A stretch of 64,000 bases of DNA, taken from contig JBEISK010000003.1 of the NCBI GenBank assembly GCA_040375445.1, positions 2,216 through 66,215 on the forward strand, given 5' to 3'. This stretch comes from Gammaproteobacteria bacterium (GTDB lineage: Bacteria; Cyanobacteriota; Vampirovibrionia; Vampirovibrionales; JAJTHC01). Each line of letters begins with the position of its first letter. The stretch's first letter is position 1. Positions 11,901 to 22,800 of the stretch are shown one piece after another. The position numbers were made by a program, and so were the translations under genes. A model generated the notes under the pieces. The model saw only the letters and a list, made by a program, of their open reading frames with translations, had not been told where the DNA came from and did not search any database.

Positions 11901-12913
11901 ATGGTCAACTGTGTACCGGGTTCACCAATCGATTGAGCGGCCATAATCCCTATCGATTCGCCTTGATCCACCAACTTATTCGTGGTGAGCGACCAACCAT
12001 AACACTTTTGGCAGATCCCAAAATTCGTTTCGCAGGTCAAGCCTGAACGCACCAAGACGGCTTCAATACCCGCTTCGTTAATGGCATCCGCAATGGCTTC
12101 GGTCATCACTTGGCCTGCTTGAACCAAGACTTCCCCTGTTTCAGGATGCACCACATCAACCGCTGACGCTCTTGAAACGATACGATCTTCAAGGGTGACA
12201 ACCACTGAGCTACCGTCGCTAATAGAACGCATCCACACGCCTTTTTGTGTGCCACAATCTTCTTCGGTGATGATGACGTCTTGAGCCACATCCACCAAAC
12301 GACGCGTCAAGTAGCCCGAGTCGGCCGTTTTCAAGGCGGTATCTACCAAGCCTTTTCTCGCTCCGTAGCTCGAAATAATGTATTCGGTTACGCTTAAGCC
12401 TTCACGGAAATTGGTTTTAATGGGGACGTCGATAATCTGTCCTTGAGAATCCGCCATCAAACCACGCATCCCGACTAGCTGACGAACTTGTGACAAGTTA
12501 CCACGAGCACCAGAGAAGGCCATCATGTAAATGGAGTTGAGCTTGTCGAAGTTATCGACAACCGCTTTGGTTAGGGTTTCGTTGGTTTCAGCCCATGTGT
12601 CGATAACTTTCGTGTAGCGTTCTACTTCAGTGATTTCACCTCGTAAATAGCGTTGACGAGATTGACTAATTTCATCTTCGGCCTTTTGCATCAGCTCTTT
12701 TTTCACCGCAGGCACGTCCAAATCTTCAATCGAAATCGTGACACCTGCCAAAGTCGCATAACGAAAGCCTAAGTTTTTCAATAGGTTGGCAAGGTTGCCT
12801 GCTTTGGCACCGCCATGTTCGTTATAGACCCCTAAAATGAGCTTACCCAGCTCTTTTTTATTCATGATTTTGTTATAGAACTCGGTTTTTTTCTTGATTT
12901 GCAGGGTTGTCAT
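8945..12913 (-). CDS. rpoC2: DNA-directed RNA polymerase subunit beta' (C-terminal portion of a split RpoC; cyanobacterial-type rpoC2)
   Basis: 1322 aa containing beta' trigger-loop and jaw regions (NADFDGD is absent here; it is in the upstream rpoC1). Lies directly downstream of rpoC1. Confidence 0.9.
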   Translation of the reverse strand: MTTLQIKKKTEFYNKIMNKKELGKLILGVYNEHGGAKAGNLANLLKNLGFRYATLAGVTISIEDLDVPAVKKELMQKAEDEISQSRQRYLRGEITEVERYTKVIDTWAETNETLTKAVVDNFDKLNSIYMMAFSGARGNLSQVRQLVGMRGLMADSQGQIIDVPIKTNFREGLSVTEYIISSYGARKGLVDTALKTADSGYLTRRLVDVAQDVIITEEDCGTQKGVWMRSISDGSSVVVTLEDRIVSRASAVDVVHPETGEVLVQAGQVMTEAIADAINEAGIEAVLVRSGLTCETNFGICQKCYGWSLTTNKLVDQGESIGIMAAQSIGEPGTQLTMRTFHTGGVFSGGVSREIVKATNAGKVKVEVPVRDFRTRHGDVVDIATRDGQLVIETAKGKDEVYTVPFGATLFVHKKGTAVEAGQAIFEFDPSSARGNMNRLTEKATKDITADLSGKVRYEDFDADEKRDRQGNISRTANRSGTIWVLGGDVYNLPAGSDLKVQDAQSVFADDVLAETMLQSEYGGEVRLPEDLVTVEANINNEDVKVIENGKELTVVIASVSPANAEFVQTKKEMLWQVSGDTDEVEETYIIKAPQGTTVENGSIIAELVDDSVSVPTSGEIRYEGVEVDEQQIVTKAGKVLFIPEEIHQVSKDISLKAPGLDSGMFVKAGTELVNGIYARIDGVVNFVEENDIIHEVIVRPGELYRVDEVKDLQVDDGTIIEVGDEVAPGIAATVRSLVTITYQIDDAEDNFNPDTDDTSSLEYAEVLIRPVYEYEVAPREVNIEFMSTEEEHIRVIPVTQLQATDGAKLRSVEGTSLLRTSLVLQMGGFMSRLKGVTELQFLSEEEQELKVVVLEHITIRHNNSSETVRANATKTMLLVEHGEIIEKNGSVVKSQVLATTNGTIILPKDADAREVRRLLLVSQKHLKEQTLAGDVIVKTGDFIRVGQALDNKGTLSIDSAQVEAVEGKTVTLHIGRPYLISPGTQLQAENYGLSQQGDLIATLIFERQKTGDIVQGLPKVEELLEGRKPKEIAVLAPFNAKIEITWDEEVPHVFLVDDEAGRVEVAIPLGANLLVEDGQAIKAGEQVTDGSINPHELLEISGVEAVSQFLVEEVQRVYRSQGVEIADKHLEIIVRQMTRKVRIDESGDTFLLGGELVDMKVLNEANRQAEEAGQRPAAYSPVLLGITKASLNTESFISAASFQETTRVLTEAAVEGRIDLLRGLKENVIIGRLIPAGTGFPRFKDQRRELEQDDSANLKSNARKPSAILEEIESMFGSPDVESFSDFLLDDSFASSMGMGIESEEEFDDLAANIADDDLIG

Positions 12914-12998
12914 ATCGCAAAACCTCTTTCATTGGATTAAAATACTGTATTAAGAAGGAGCAGGGGAGTCTCTAAGCAAGCGACTTCCGTTTTAAAAC

Positions 12999-14774
12999 CT
13001 AGACTTGAGACAAGGCTTGACGCACGGTTTTGTTGAAAATAATACGTCCAACCGTTGTTTCAATCATCGAACCATCTGAATCTCTGACGGCAATACGAGC
13101 GTGAATGTGAAGGACACCTGCTTCAAATGCCGCTAAAGCATCATCAAAACTGAAGAAACGCATCCCTTCACCCTTATTGGAATTGGGATTGTCTAAAGTC
13201 AAGTAGTACAGACCTAAAACCATGTCTTGCGTCGGGGTGATCGCAGGTTTGCCTGTCGCGGGCAACAAGACGTTATTGGTCGCCAGCATCAACATGCGGG
13301 CTTCGGCTTGAGCTTCTAAAGACAAAGGAATGTGAACCGCCATTTGGTCACCGTCAAAGTCGGCGTTAAACGCCATACATACCAAGGGATGCAACTGAAT
13401 CGCTCGACCGTCTACCAAGACAGGTTCAAAGGCTTGAATCCCCAAACGGTGCAGGGTCGGTGCTCGGTTAAGCAAGACAGGATGCCCCTTAATCAGCTCT
13501 TCTAAGACGTCCCACACAATAGTCTCACCACGTTCGATTTTCTTTTTCGCGGATTTAATGTTTTGGCATTCGCCACCTTCAATCAATTTATTGATGACAA
13601 AGGGCTTAAACAGTTCAATCGCCATTTCTTTAGGCAGTCCGCATTGGTGTAAGTTCAATTTAGGACCTACCACAATAACAGAACGACCTGAATAGTCGAC
13701 ACGTTTACCTAACAAGTTTTGACGGAAACGACCTTGCTTCCCTTCAATAATGTTGGACAAGGATTTCAAAGGACGGTTATTCGGCCCTACGACGGTTCGT
13801 CCACGACGACCGTTGTCAATCAAGGCATCCACGGATTCTTGCAACATACGTTTTTCGTTACGGATGATGATTTCAGGTGCCCCCATGTCAATCAATCGAG
13901 CCAAGCGGTTGTTACGGTTGATGACTCGGCGGTACAAGTCGTTTAAATCGGATGTCGCAAAACGACCACCATCTAACTGCACCATAGGGCGAAGATCAGG
14001 TGGTGTGACAGGCAAAGCATCCATGACCATCCAGCTCGGTTCAGTTTTACTTCCCATAAGCAGTTCAGCCAAACGCAAGCGTTTCATCAACTTGGTTTTC
14101 TTTTGGCTCGCGGTTGCCCCTAAGGTGTCGACTTGCCCACGCAATTCGTTGACGAGTTCCACCAAATCAATGTTTTGAAGCATAGTTTTAATGGCTTCTG
14201 CCCCGATGCCGACTTCAAACTGAGCGTCTTCATTGTCGTCTAACAACTTATCATACTCTTCTTCGCTCAAGAGCTGACCGTAGGTGAGCTCAGTGTTACC
14301 CGCATCTAGCACAACATACGCGTTAAAGTAGATGATCTGTTCTAAATCTTTTAAGGGCGTGTCGAGCAGAAGCCCCATATAACTGGGGATGCCTTTCAAG
14401 AACCAAATATGGCTGACAGGAGCCGCCAACTGAACGTGACCCATACGCACACGACGCACACGGGCTTCGGTGACTTCAACGCCACAACGTTCACAAACAA
14501 TGCCTCTATGACGGACACGCTTGTATTTCCCGCAATAGCATTCCCAGTCCTTGGTCGGCCCAAAAATACGTTCGCAGAAAAGACCGCCCATTTCAGGCTT
14601 TAAGGTTCGGTAGTTAATGGTTTCAGGCTTTAAGACTTCACCATGAGACAAGTCTAAAATACGGGTCGGCGAGGCGATTCCGATGCGAATATAGTCAAAG
14701 TGATCGATATTTGTGCTAACCAAGGGGGCGTTCCTCCGATTGTTCATGGATGAATGGCGTTTGCCAGCAACCAT
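12999..14774 (-). CDS. rpoC1: DNA-directed RNA polymerase subunit gamma (N-terminal portion of split beta', rpoC1)
   Basis: 591 aa containing the zinc-binding CxxC...CxxC element and the catalytic NADFDGDQM motif. Ends where rpoC2 begins. Confidence 0.9.
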   Translation of the reverse strand: MVAGKRHSSMNNRRNAPLVSTNIDHFDYIRIGIASPTRILDLSHGEVLKPETINYRTLKPEMGGLFCERIFGPTKDWECYCGKYKRVRHRGIVCERCGVEVTEARVRRVRMGHVQLAAPVSHIWFLKGIPSYMGLLLDTPLKDLEQIIYFNAYVVLDAGNTELTYGQLLSEEEYDKLLDDNEDAQFEVGIGAEAIKTMLQNIDLVELVNELRGQVDTLGATASQKKTKLMKRLRLAELLMGSKTEPSWMVMDALPVTPPDLRPMVQLDGGRFATSDLNDLYRRVINRNNRLARLIDMGAPEIIIRNEKRMLQESVDALIDNGRRGRTVVGPNNRPLKSLSNIIEGKQGRFRQNLLGKRVDYSGRSVIVVGPKLNLHQCGLPKEMAIELFKPFVINKLIEGGECQNIKSAKKKIERGETIVWDVLEELIKGHPVLLNRAPTLHRLGIQAFEPVLVDGRAIQLHPLVCMAFNADFDGDQMAVHIPLSLEAQAEARMLMLATNNVLLPATGKPAITPTQDMVLGLYYLTLDNPNSNKGEGMRFFSFDDALAAFEAGVLHIHARIAVRDSDGSMIETTVGRIIFNKTVRQALSQV

Positions 14775-14843
14775 TAAGACGATATATTTAAGCAGGATTC
14801 AAGAATGAGGCTCCCCTTAAGTGACCTTAAGGGGGTTCATTCA

Positions 14844-17800
14844 CTATTCAGCGAAAAAGTTCAACAACTCCGTGTCATTGGGGATGATCACACGCTGTTT
14901 CAGGGCTTTTTTAGCCGCCGATTCATCGGACATGAGATCCACCTCAACTTCTCGATCATTTTCATCTTTCTTGACAACAGAAAGATCCAAACCGATACTC
15001 TGAAGTTCACGCACCAAAACCTTAAACGATTCAGGAATACCGGGGCGAGTGAGGTTTTCACCTTTGACGATGGCTTCGTACGCACGGCTACGACCCGTGA
15101 CATCATCCGATTTAATCGTCAACATTTCTTGTAAGGTGTAAGCAGCTCCATACGCTTCCAACGCCCACACTTCCATTTCTCCGAAACGCTGACCACCGAA
15201 TTGAGCTTTACCACCCAACGGCTGCTGCGTTACAAGACTGTAAGGCCCAGTGGAACGTGCGTGGATTTTGTCATCCACCAAGTGAACCAGCTTCATGAGG
15301 AACATGTAGCCAAGTGCCACAGGGTTGTGGAAGGCTTCGCCTGTACGACCGTCGAGCAACGTTGCTTTACCCGTAGGATAAATCCATGATTTACCAGACG
15401 CTTCAATGGCTTCTTCAAGCTCTTGACGAACCGCTTTAAGCGACGCTTCTTCGCCGTACATCTCATCAAAGGGAGGCACTTCATACAACTTGCCGTTTAA
15501 GAAGGCTGCGAGCCCCAACATGGTTTCATACGTTTGACCCACGTTCATACGAGACGGAACACCGAGCGGGTTTAAGACCACATCCACAGGCGTGCCGTCA
15601 GGCAAGAAAGGCATGTCTTCCACAGGTAAAATACGGGACACGATCCCTTTATTACCGTGGCGACCCGCCATTTTATCTCCGACGCTGACTTTACGACGTT
15701 GTGCTAAGTACACACGAACAACCGTGTTGGCGCCTGGAGGAAGATCATCGCCTTTTTCACGTTCAAAGACTTTGACATCAACCACACGACCGCCTTCTCC
15801 GTGAGGCACACGTAGGGAATTGTCTTTTACATCCCGAGCTTTTTCGGCGAAAATCGCACGCAAGAGCTTTTCTTCAGGAGGGTGCTCCGCTTCACCTTTT
15901 GGCGTAATTTTACCGACCAAAATATCATCGGCATAGACTCTGGCACCCACACGTATAATGCCCTGCTCATCGAGGTTTTTAAGAGCATCTTCACCCACAT
16001 TAGGGAGTTCACGTGTGATTTCTTCAGGGCCTAGCTTTGTCGCACGGGCATCAATTTCAAACTTTTCGATGTGAATGGATGAGAAAACATCATCCTGCAC
16101 CAAGCGCTCAGAAATCAAGACCGCATCTTCAAAGTTGTAACCTTCCCAAGGCATAAAGGCCACCAAAACGTTCTTGCCTAAAGCAAGTTCGCCGTCTTTG
16201 GTAGACGCTCCATCGGCAATCACATCGCCCAATTTTAAGACGTCACCTTCACTAACAATAGGCGTTTGGTTTAAGCACGTGTCTTGGTTTGAGCGGACAT
16301 ACTTCATGAGTTTGTGACGGATGACTTTATTGGTTTCATCATCACGTACATCCACAAAGACGCCCGTAACCTTCTCAACCGTTCCTGCCACCGTGGTTTT
16401 CATACACATGCCCGAATCAAGCGCGACTCGCTTTTCAAGCCCTGTTCCCACAGCGGCTCGTTGTGTATGTACCAAAGGCACCGCTTGACGTTGCATGTTC
16501 GCGCCCATTAAGGCACGGTTGGCATCGTCATGCTCCAAGAAAGGAATCAATGAGGTTCCGACTGAAACGATCTGAATGGGGGAACTCCCGACGTAATCGA
16601 CCGTATCAGCCGTAGTCGTGGTGAAGTCGTTACGGTAGCGAACAGGAACAGCATTGCCGATAATGGCACCTGTTTCCACATCACGACGCAAGTCACCAGG
16701 GGCGATGCGGTAACGATCTTCCTCATCCGCAGACAAGTAATCAAGCTCACTTGTAACAACCCCGTTTTTCACGACGAAGTACGGTGTTTCAAGGAATCCG
16801 TAGTCGTTGACTCGAGCAAACGTAGAAAGACTACCGATCAATCCAGCATTTGGACCTTCAGGCGTTTCTACAGGGCAAATCCGTCCGTAATGAGACGGGT
16901 GAATGTCTCGAACAGCAAAACCTGCACGCTCACGAGTCAAGCCACCTGGCCCAAGAGCCGATAGACGACGCTTGTGCGTCAATTCAGCCAAGGGATTGGT
17001 TTGATCCATAAACTGAGACAACTGTGATGAGCCAAAGAACTCACGAATCGCCGCCAATAAAGGTTTCGGATTCAACAAGTTGTTGGGCGTTAAGGTTTCG
17101 GTGTCTTGAAGGGTCATACGTTCTTTAACGATACGCTCCAAACGTGAAAGACCTACTCTGAACTGGTTTTGAAGCAGTTCGCCCACTGCACGAATACGAC
17201 GATTGCCAAGGTGATCAATATCATCGACCGCCCCTTCGTCGTAGTGAAGGCTGATGAGGTAGTCCACTGCGGTAATAATATCGCCGATGGTCAAAGTACG
17301 CACGTTGTCAGGCACACTCAAACCAAGTTTTTTGTTCATCTTATAGCGACCGACTTTACCCAAGTCATAACGCTTATCGTCAAAGAAGCGAGACTCAAGC
17401 AATTGACGACCACCACTCACACTAGGCGGATCACCAGGACGAAGCTTTTTGTAGACTTCAATCAAGGCTTCTTCCATGGTTTCGGTGGAATCTTTGTCTA
17501 GCGTACGACGCAAGAACTCAAAGTGACGCAAACGCCCTTCCATGTCTTGCTCGGTCAAGCCCAAGGCACGCAACAAGACGGTGGCAGGGATCTTACGGTT
17601 TTTGTCGATTTTGACGTAAATGACATCGTTAACATCGGTTTCAAACTTCAACCACGCCCCACGGTTGGGGATTAAAGTCGCATTAAAGGTACGCTTACCG
17701 TTTAGTGCGGTTTCTTTTTTGAAGTAAATGCCAGGAGAACGCACCAACTGAGAAACAATAACACGCTCGGCTCCGTTAATAATAAAGGTGCCTCGATCGG

Positions 17801-18149
17801 TCATCATAGGCACTTCGCCGATGTAGGCTTCTTGTTCCTTGATTTCACCCGTGTCACGGTTAATTAAACGCATTTTAATACGCAATTGCTTGGAATAGGT
17901 CGCTTCATTGTGACGAGCGTCTTCCACTGAATACTTCGGCTTGTCGAATTGATATTCAGGCAAGAAATACAATTCCAAGCGACCCGTGTAATCCTTAACA
18001 GGAGAAAAAGAAAGTAACTCTACTTTCAAGCCCTTTTCAAGAAACCATTGAAAGGACTTTTTCTGAATCTCCGCCAGATCAGGCATATGATCAAGGGGAA
18101 GGTCACCAATTCCAGGAAGCGTTGAACGCTGAACCTTTGTAGCCGTCAT
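14844..18149 (-). CDS. rpoB: DNA-directed RNA polymerase subunit beta
   Basis: 1101 aa with conserved RpoB blocks (rifampicin-region [33 protein letters not shown]-terminal [19 protein letters not shown]). Confidence 0.95.
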   Translation of the reverse strand: MTATKVQRSTLPGIGDLPLDHMPDLAEIQKKSFQWFLEKGLKVELLSFSPVKDYTGRLELYFLPEYQFDKPKYSVEDARHNEATYSKQLRIKMRLINRDTGEIKEQEAYIGEVPMMTDRGTFIINGAERVIVSQLVRSPGIYFKKETALNGKRTFNATLIPNRGAWLKFETDVNDVIYVKIDKNRKIPATVLLRALGLTEQDMEGRLRHFEFLRRTLDKDSTETMEEALIEVYKKLRPGDPPSVSGGRQLLESRFFDDKRYDLGKVGRYKMNKKLGLSVPDNVRTLTIGDIITAVDYLISLHYDEGAVDDIDHLGNRRIRAVGELLQNQFRVGLSRLERIVKERMTLQDTETLTPNNLLNPKPLLAAIREFFGSSQLSQFMDQTNPLAELTHKRRLSALGPGGLTRERAGFAVRDIHPSHYGRICPVETPEGPNAGLIGSLSTFARVNDYGFLETPYFVVKNGVVTSELDYLSADEEDRYRIAPGDLRRDVETGAIIGNAVPVRYRNDFTTTTADTVDYVGSSPIQIVSVGTSLIPFLEHDDANRALMGANMQRQAVPLVHTQRAAVGTGLEKRVALDSGMCMKTTVAGTVEKVTGVFVDVRDDETNKVIRHKLMKYVRSNQDTCLNQTPIVSEGDVLKLGDVIADGASTKDGELALGKNVLVAFMPWEGYNFEDAVLISERLVQDDVFSSIHIEKFEIDARATKLGPEEITRELPNVGEDALKNLDEQGIIRVGARVYADDILVGKITPKGEAEHPPEEKLLRAIFAEKARDVKDNSLRVPHGEGGRVVDVKVFEREKGDDLPPGANTVVRVYLAQRRKVSVGDKMAGRHGNKGIVSRILPVEDMPFLPDGTPVDVVLNPLGVPSRMNVGQTYETMLGLAAFLNGKLYEVPPFDEMYGEEASLKAVRQELEEAIEASGKSWIYPTGKATLLDGRTGEAFHNPVALGYMFLMKLVHLVDDKIHARSTGPYSLVTQQPLGGKAQFGGQRFGEMEVWALEAYGAAYTLQEMLTIKSDDVTGRSRAYEAIVKGENLTRPGIPESFKVLVRELQSIGLDLSVVKKDENDREVEVDLMSDESAAKKALKQRVIIPNDTELLNFFAE

Positions 18150-18399
18150 GTCAAACCCTCTTTAGCTATGGCACAAGGTTTTGGCAATAAAACCTTGCTA
18201 TTCTACTTCATACACGGTGGGAGCTTTTAAACATACACGAATTGAGGAGGCATCTCGCCACCTCAGACTTTTTATATTATATCAGCAAAAAGCGATTCGA
18301 AATCATTTAAAATGAAGCTCCTGAAACGCTCACCAAAGGCGTTACGATAAAAATGCAAAGAAGGGCAAGCTTCCCAAAGGAAACTTGCCCCGAGATAAC

Positions 18400-18795
18400 T
18401 TACTTAAGCTCGATTTTCGCACCAAGCTCTTCGAGTTTCTTCTTCAACTCTTGCGCTTCTTCTTTTTTCAAGCCTTCTTTGACGGTTTTAGGCGTACTGT
18501 CGACCAAGTCTTTGGCTTCCTTTAAGCCTAAACCTGTAATCGCACGAACTTCTTTCAACACTTGAATTTTGGTAGCACCAGCATCCAATAAAACAAGGGT
18601 GAAATCCGTTTGCTCTTCAACAGCTTCAACAGCAGCAGCAGCCACAGGAGCAGCAGCGGCAGCAGGAGCAGCAGCAGAAATGCCGAACTCATCTTCAAAC
18701 GCTTTTACCAACTGAGCGGTTTGTAAAAAGCTCAATTCTTTAATTTGCTCAAAAACTTGAGACGTTTTGGAATCTAATTCAACAGCCATCATCAT
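18400..18795 (-). CDS. rplL: 50S ribosomal protein L7/L12
   Basis: 131 aa with an Ala-rich hinge ([18 protein letters not shown]) and the conserved C-terminal domain ([19 protein letters not shown]). Confidence 0.9.
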   Translation of the reverse strand: MMMAVELDSKTSQVFEQIKELSFLQTAQLVKAFEDEFGISAAAPAAAAAPVAAAAVEAVEEQTDFTLVLLDAGATKIQVLKEVRAITGLGLKEAKDLVDSTPKTVKEGLKKEEAQELKKKLEELGAKIELK

Positions 18796-18894
18796 AATGA
18801 AAGAACCTCTTTCGACTTATATAACATAGAATCTAACAAATAAAATAGGCGTTTGCCTAAGTTTGGGAATCACAACCCACAACACAAAGAAAGC

Positions 18895-19428
18895 TTACGC
18901 TTCTTCGCCTTGCTTGATTGTAGAAAGTTGATCAAGCAAACGAACCAAACCGCTTTGGTTATGACTCAACGCATTCGCTAAGCCCATCAAAGGACTGGCG
19001 ATACACATGAGCAACTTACCACGAAGCTCTTCCTTAGAAGGCATCGTCGCAAGTTCGTTCACACCCGCAGCGTTCAGTGCATTACCTTCTAAGAAGGCGG
19101 CACGAAGCTCGTTTTCTTTTTTATTCTTTTTAAGGAATTCTTTAACGGCCTTAACCGCAGAAACTTCATCACCATAGCCCAAAACCAAGCCCGTAGGCCC
19201 TTTGAGATAAGGAGCGAGTTGTTCAATATCCGTACCCAAAGCAGCACGCTTAATAAGCGTATTCTTAGATACTTTGACTTTAACATCCGCCGCACTTAAC
19301 GCACGACGAAGATTGGTCATTTCTGCCACAGAAAGTCCACGATAATCCACCAACAAAATAATGTTAGCAGTTGTGATATCTTCTGTAAGTTGACTGACAA
19401 AACCCTTTTTCTGAGATAGCGTCGGCAT
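18895..19428 (-). CDS. rplJ: 50S ribosomal protein L10 (start moved to the internal ATG at 19426-19428; the listed ORF over-extends into the leader)
   Basis: MPTLSQKKGFVSQLTEDI...LLVDYRGLSVAEMTNLRRAL is a typical L10 N-terminus. The upstream 40 codons of the ORF have no homology sense and overlap the expected leader. Confidence 0.85.
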   Translation of the reverse strand: MPTLSQKKGFVSQLTEDITTANIILLVDYRGLSVAEMTNLRRALSAADVKVKVSKNTLIKRAALGTDIEQLAPYLKGPTGLVLGYGDEVSAVKAVKEFLKKNKKENELRAAFLEGNALNAAGVNELATMPSKEELRGKLLMCIASPLMGLANALSHNQSGLVRLLDQLSTIKQGEEA

Positions 19429-19560
19429 AGTATTTGCCCTTCTTGTCGCTTGAACTACTACTAAATATAGATATCCCCACAATTGAGCGTCTCTAAAAAC
19501 GCCATGACCCTTTGAAGACATCCCACAAGCAAACATACCAGCAAACATAAGAGGCTAGTC
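19429..19560 (-). promoter_or_regulatory. putative L10(L12)4 autoregulatory leader of the rplJL operon
   Basis: About 130-nt untranslated region directly 5' of rplJ. The position matches the conserved L10 leader; its structure was not verified. Confidence 0.35.
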
Positions 19561-19809
19561 AATTATTCACTTGATTAGATTTTAATTATAAGTCAAACAT
19601 ACAGAAAGCAACACTTTTTTTTAATATAACAGATTTGTTACAGTCTGCTGGCTGAAATAATGGATGAATCCCTTAGTATTTAAACGATTGAAAAGCGTAT
19701 AGGTGGATTCTAGGAGCCTAGACTCGCAGATGGGCGAGGTGTACACAAACGTACATAAGCACATCGAGAATCGTAGCGACAACGAAGACACCAGACGCTA
19801 TTTAATCGT

Positions 19810-21153
19810 TTAGGCACTGGTCGGATACTCGCTCAAGCTTTGACGCAAGGCATAACGCTCTAAAATCCCTTCAATGTCAATCACACTATTGAAGAAGGTG
19901 CGGTTTGTTAAGGTAAAACGCTGGGCATAATTCGCTTGAGCCTCACGATCCACCAGTGGAGCGTTCAAATAGTCGTGTAAGGTCGCTTCCACTGAGCTTA
20001 AATCCTGCGGAATATACTGCAACGCCTTGCCGTAATAGCCGTTGAGCCATTCTTTCGGTTCCGTGATGAGATTGGCACCATTCGCCGTAGCGTTATCAAT
20101 GCGGTCATGCCCACTTTCAGGATACATCGGGAAAATATGCCAAACGGCTTGACTGTCGCCATACAACGCCACCGATGTCCCTGATTCAGGCGGAGGCAGA
20201 ATCGTCCATTTGTCCGACAAAAAGGAGGCTTTTTCCCATCCATTCCCACACAAGGTTAGCGGAATGTTTGTCGCTTGTCTTAGAAAATGTTCACGCCAGT
20301 ACATTTCCGCACTATGGTTGATCCACGCCATGAGCCGTGGGTACTGATACGCATGAACGTCTTGCGGATTCACGCCGAGACGTTCAAGACCGTCGAGCAA
20401 GAAGGTATCGGCAGGATGTTCAGGCGACGCGATGAGATAATCGATCGCTTCTTTGCAAAGGGCTTCAAAGGCAGGAAATTTAGGGAACCTGAGCGATTCT
20501 AGCTTTTCTTCAAAAGGCGTGAAGCTACACGGTACCAGAAGCGAAATAGAACGTTCTTTAAACGGTTTTTGCGTTTCAAAAGACGGAAACCCTGCAAAAG
20601 GAAGCGACGTATTAAAGGCTTTTAAAGGGTTTTTCACCACACGAGGCATACTATTTCGAAAGCCTTCAATCGCAAAATGAGCATTGATTTTTTCAGGATA
20701 ATCCACTTCGGTCATACGAGGCAACTGCATAAGGGGATGATCCACAAACCACGACAGGCTAGGGACTTTAAGGTGCTGCCCAAGCGTCTTGCGGTTGCTT
20801 AATTCAATGGCTTCATGAATGGAATTGAAACTGACAATCATGGACGGTTTAAACGTTCCCAAGAGTGTTTCTAAGTCTTTTGAAGCTTCTTTATTTTGAT
20901 GAATGTTCAGCTGTGCGGTAGCGTGACCTCGTAAGCGAAAGGCATCGTTGAGGTTGTGGGTGAACTGATTTAAGGCGCCGTATTGTGAACCACCTTCCAC
21001 CAAAAGCACCTGCTCTTTTTTGGCGAGCTTGGGGGCATGGCGATAGATATAGCTTGCTAAGTCTTCGATGGACTGAGGGACGATTTCTAGCATAGGGATG
21101 CCTCGTGGGCGAGCGGTTTCGGTCGTGGGAGGGGTGAGGGTATGAGTCGACAT
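19810..21153 (-). CDS. hypothetical protein (447 aa), possibly glycosyltransferase-like
   Basis: Long ORF at normal GC with no confidently recognisable motif. It sits where rplK-rplA-nusG-secE would normally precede rplJ. Confidence 0.45.
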   Translation of the reverse strand: MSTHTLTPPTTETARPRGIPMLEIVPQSIEDLASYIYRHAPKLAKKEQVLLVEGGSQYGALNQFTHNLNDAFRLRGHATAQLNIHQNKEASKDLETLLGTFKPSMIVSFNSIHEAIELSNRKTLGQHLKVPSLSWFVDHPLMQLPRMTEVDYPEKINAHFAIEGFRNSMPRVVKNPLKAFNTSLPFAGFPSFETQKPFKERSISLLVPCSFTPFEEKLESLRFPKFPAFEALCKEAIDYLIASPEHPADTFLLDGLERLGVNPQDVHAYQYPRLMAWINHSAEMYWREHFLRQATNIPLTLCGNGWEKASFLSDKWTILPPPESGTSVALYGDSQAVWHIFPMYPESGHDRIDNATANGANLITEPKEWLNGYYGKALQYIPQDLSSVEATLHDYLNAPLVDREAQANYAQRFTLTNRTFFNSVIDIEGILERYALRQSLSEYPTSA

Positions 21154-21251
21154 AGCAGGGGCTTCCTCATTTTAGTGATGCCTACTATTATAGAAACGTT
21201 TCAACGGATTTTTAGCGTGTGAGTTAGAAAATACGTTTATTGCATGATGTA

Positions 21252-22178
21252 TTATCTTAAGTTTCGCTTAAGTCTTCTCAAACCCGTGCGACGCAAGGGG
21301 CTATTTTCAAAAGCGTCATTGAAGTCGTCTTCATTCAAGCCTTCAAAATACGCCCGACTGGGACGTGCCAACACCGCCCGAGGCAGAAAAGCAGGCTCCT
21401 CAGTCACTTTGGAAAACTTCAGGTTCCATGGGCAGACGTCTTGACAAATATCACAACCAAAGCCCCAATCCTGCTGGTTGTCTTGAATGAACTCAGGCAA
21501 GGCCTCCTCCGTATTTTCAATCGTCCAATAGGCGATGCAACGACGGCTGTCAACCACCGTGGGCGAAACAATCGCCTCCGTGGGGCAAGCCGTGATGCAC
21601 CGTGTACAGGTCCCGCAATGCCCCGATTCCAGCGTGTTTTCGTGGGGACTCGTATAGGCGTCCACCGCTTGATTGAGGAACAAGGCGCCAATCATCACCC
21701 ATGATCCCGCTTCTTTGGTGATGAGAAGACTATGCTTGCCTTGCCAGCCCAAGCCTGCTTGAACGGCCAAGGCTTTTTCCAGCAAGGGCGCCGAATCCAC
21801 AAAGGGACGCCCGTCTAAGCCCTCATGTTCCGCTTGTAATGCTTTTAAGGCCTTGCCCAATTTGCGACGTAAGACCTTGTGATAGTCTTTGCCTAGGGCG
21901 TAGCGCGCGATTTTGAGATCGTCGCCTTGCCCTGCTTGCCAACCGGGGAAGTAGTTGATCGCCACCACCACGACACTTTGCACCCCTTCCCACAAATCAG
22001 GAGGCGACACCCGCTTTTTGGCGTGACGAGGCATCCAGTCCATATCGGCGTGATGCCCGGCTTCTAGCCACGCCGTTAGGCGTTGGGCTTCGTGTTTGAG
22101 GGCATCGGCGGTGAGAACCCCCCACTGGGTGATGCCTACGGCTGTGAGCTGTTGTTGAAGGTCGGTGTGGGGAATCAC
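21252..22178 (-). CDS. queG: epoxyqueuosine reductase
   Basis: 308 aa with 4Fe-4S ferredoxin motifs (CGTCTRCITACPTEAI, CDICQDVCPWN) and a QueG-like N-terminal region. Confidence 0.8.
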   Translation of the reverse strand: MIPHTDLQQQLTAVGITQWGVLTADALKHEAQRLTAWLEAGHHADMDWMPRHAKKRVSPPDLWEGVQSVVVVAINYFPGWQAGQGDDLKIARYALGKDYHKVLRRKLGKALKALQAEHEGLDGRPFVDSAPLLEKALAVQAGLGWQGKHSLLITKEAGSWVMIGALFLNQAVDAYTSPHENTLESGHCGTCTRCITACPTEAIVSPTVVDSRRCIAYWTIENTEEALPEFIQDNQQDWGFGCDICQDVCPWNLKFSKVTEEPAFLPRAVLARPSRAYFEGLNEDDFNDAFENSPLRRTGLRRLKRNLR

Positions 22179-22269
22179 GCGTAAAGTCTCCTCAAGTTAC
22201 GGTTCACGCCCCCTTAGTAAAGCATGAAGACGCCCCGTTGACTAGGGTGAAAACGAGAGCTTATTTTTA

Positions 22270-22460
22270 TAAAAGTCTCTGATTGGCTGGCTTTACTCCC
22301 TCTCCCTTTGGGAGAGGGTTGGGGTGAGGGTCCTGAGATGCCCAGTTGTCGCTGGTGTTTCCCTCATCCTAGCGTAGCCCGCCATCGGCGAGGCGTGCGA
22401 CCAAAGGGAGAGGGGGCAGGAAAAATCGAGTTGAATCATTTTAGGCTTTATGCTAGCCTA
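22270..22460. repeat. cluster of short GC hairpin elements (CCCTCTCCC-TTT-GGGAGAGGG type)
   Basis: The hairpin ctccctctccctttgggagagggttggggtgaggg and the later gcgaccaaagggagaggggg are seen directly. They are similar to the units at 22670-22800. Confidence 0.5.
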
Positions 22461-22669
22461 CTAAAAACCTTTAAAGGGTTGCTTATATAGCAACACCCCC
22501 GTTCTGTAACAGAAAGGAGGTGAGCTAAAATGATTATGTCAGAAAACATACTTCTGTTAATAATCTTCTTATTAGTCTTAAAAAACTAAGAAGATAGCGT
22601 GGAGTTCTCAAGTCTCGAACACTTAGGGACTCCCCCTTTTTATATTGTGGCAAATCCCGCACACTTTGT

Positions 22670-22800
22670 CAAGGGGTTTGGCTTTACTCCCTCCCCTTTA
22701 AGGGGAGGGTTGGGGTGGGGAGTAATGTGTCACGCTGGGTTTTGGAAATCCCCCCCTCTCCCTAGCCCTCTCCTCAAGGAGAGGGAACAAGACACAAAAT
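22670..22800. repeat. second cluster of the same hairpin element family
   Basis: ggctttactccctcccctttaaggggagggttggggtgggg is near-identical to the 22283 copy. It also holds the ctctcctcaaggagaggg hairpin. Confidence 0.5.

Noticed and set aside
9626-12291. Several 60-146 aa ORFs antisense to, or out of frame within, rpoC2, rpoC1 and rpoB (e.g. 9626-10066, 10505-10927, 13750-14178, 17169-17501)
   Set aside because: They lie entirely inside well-supported large conserved genes and have no start context. Typical shadow ORFs.
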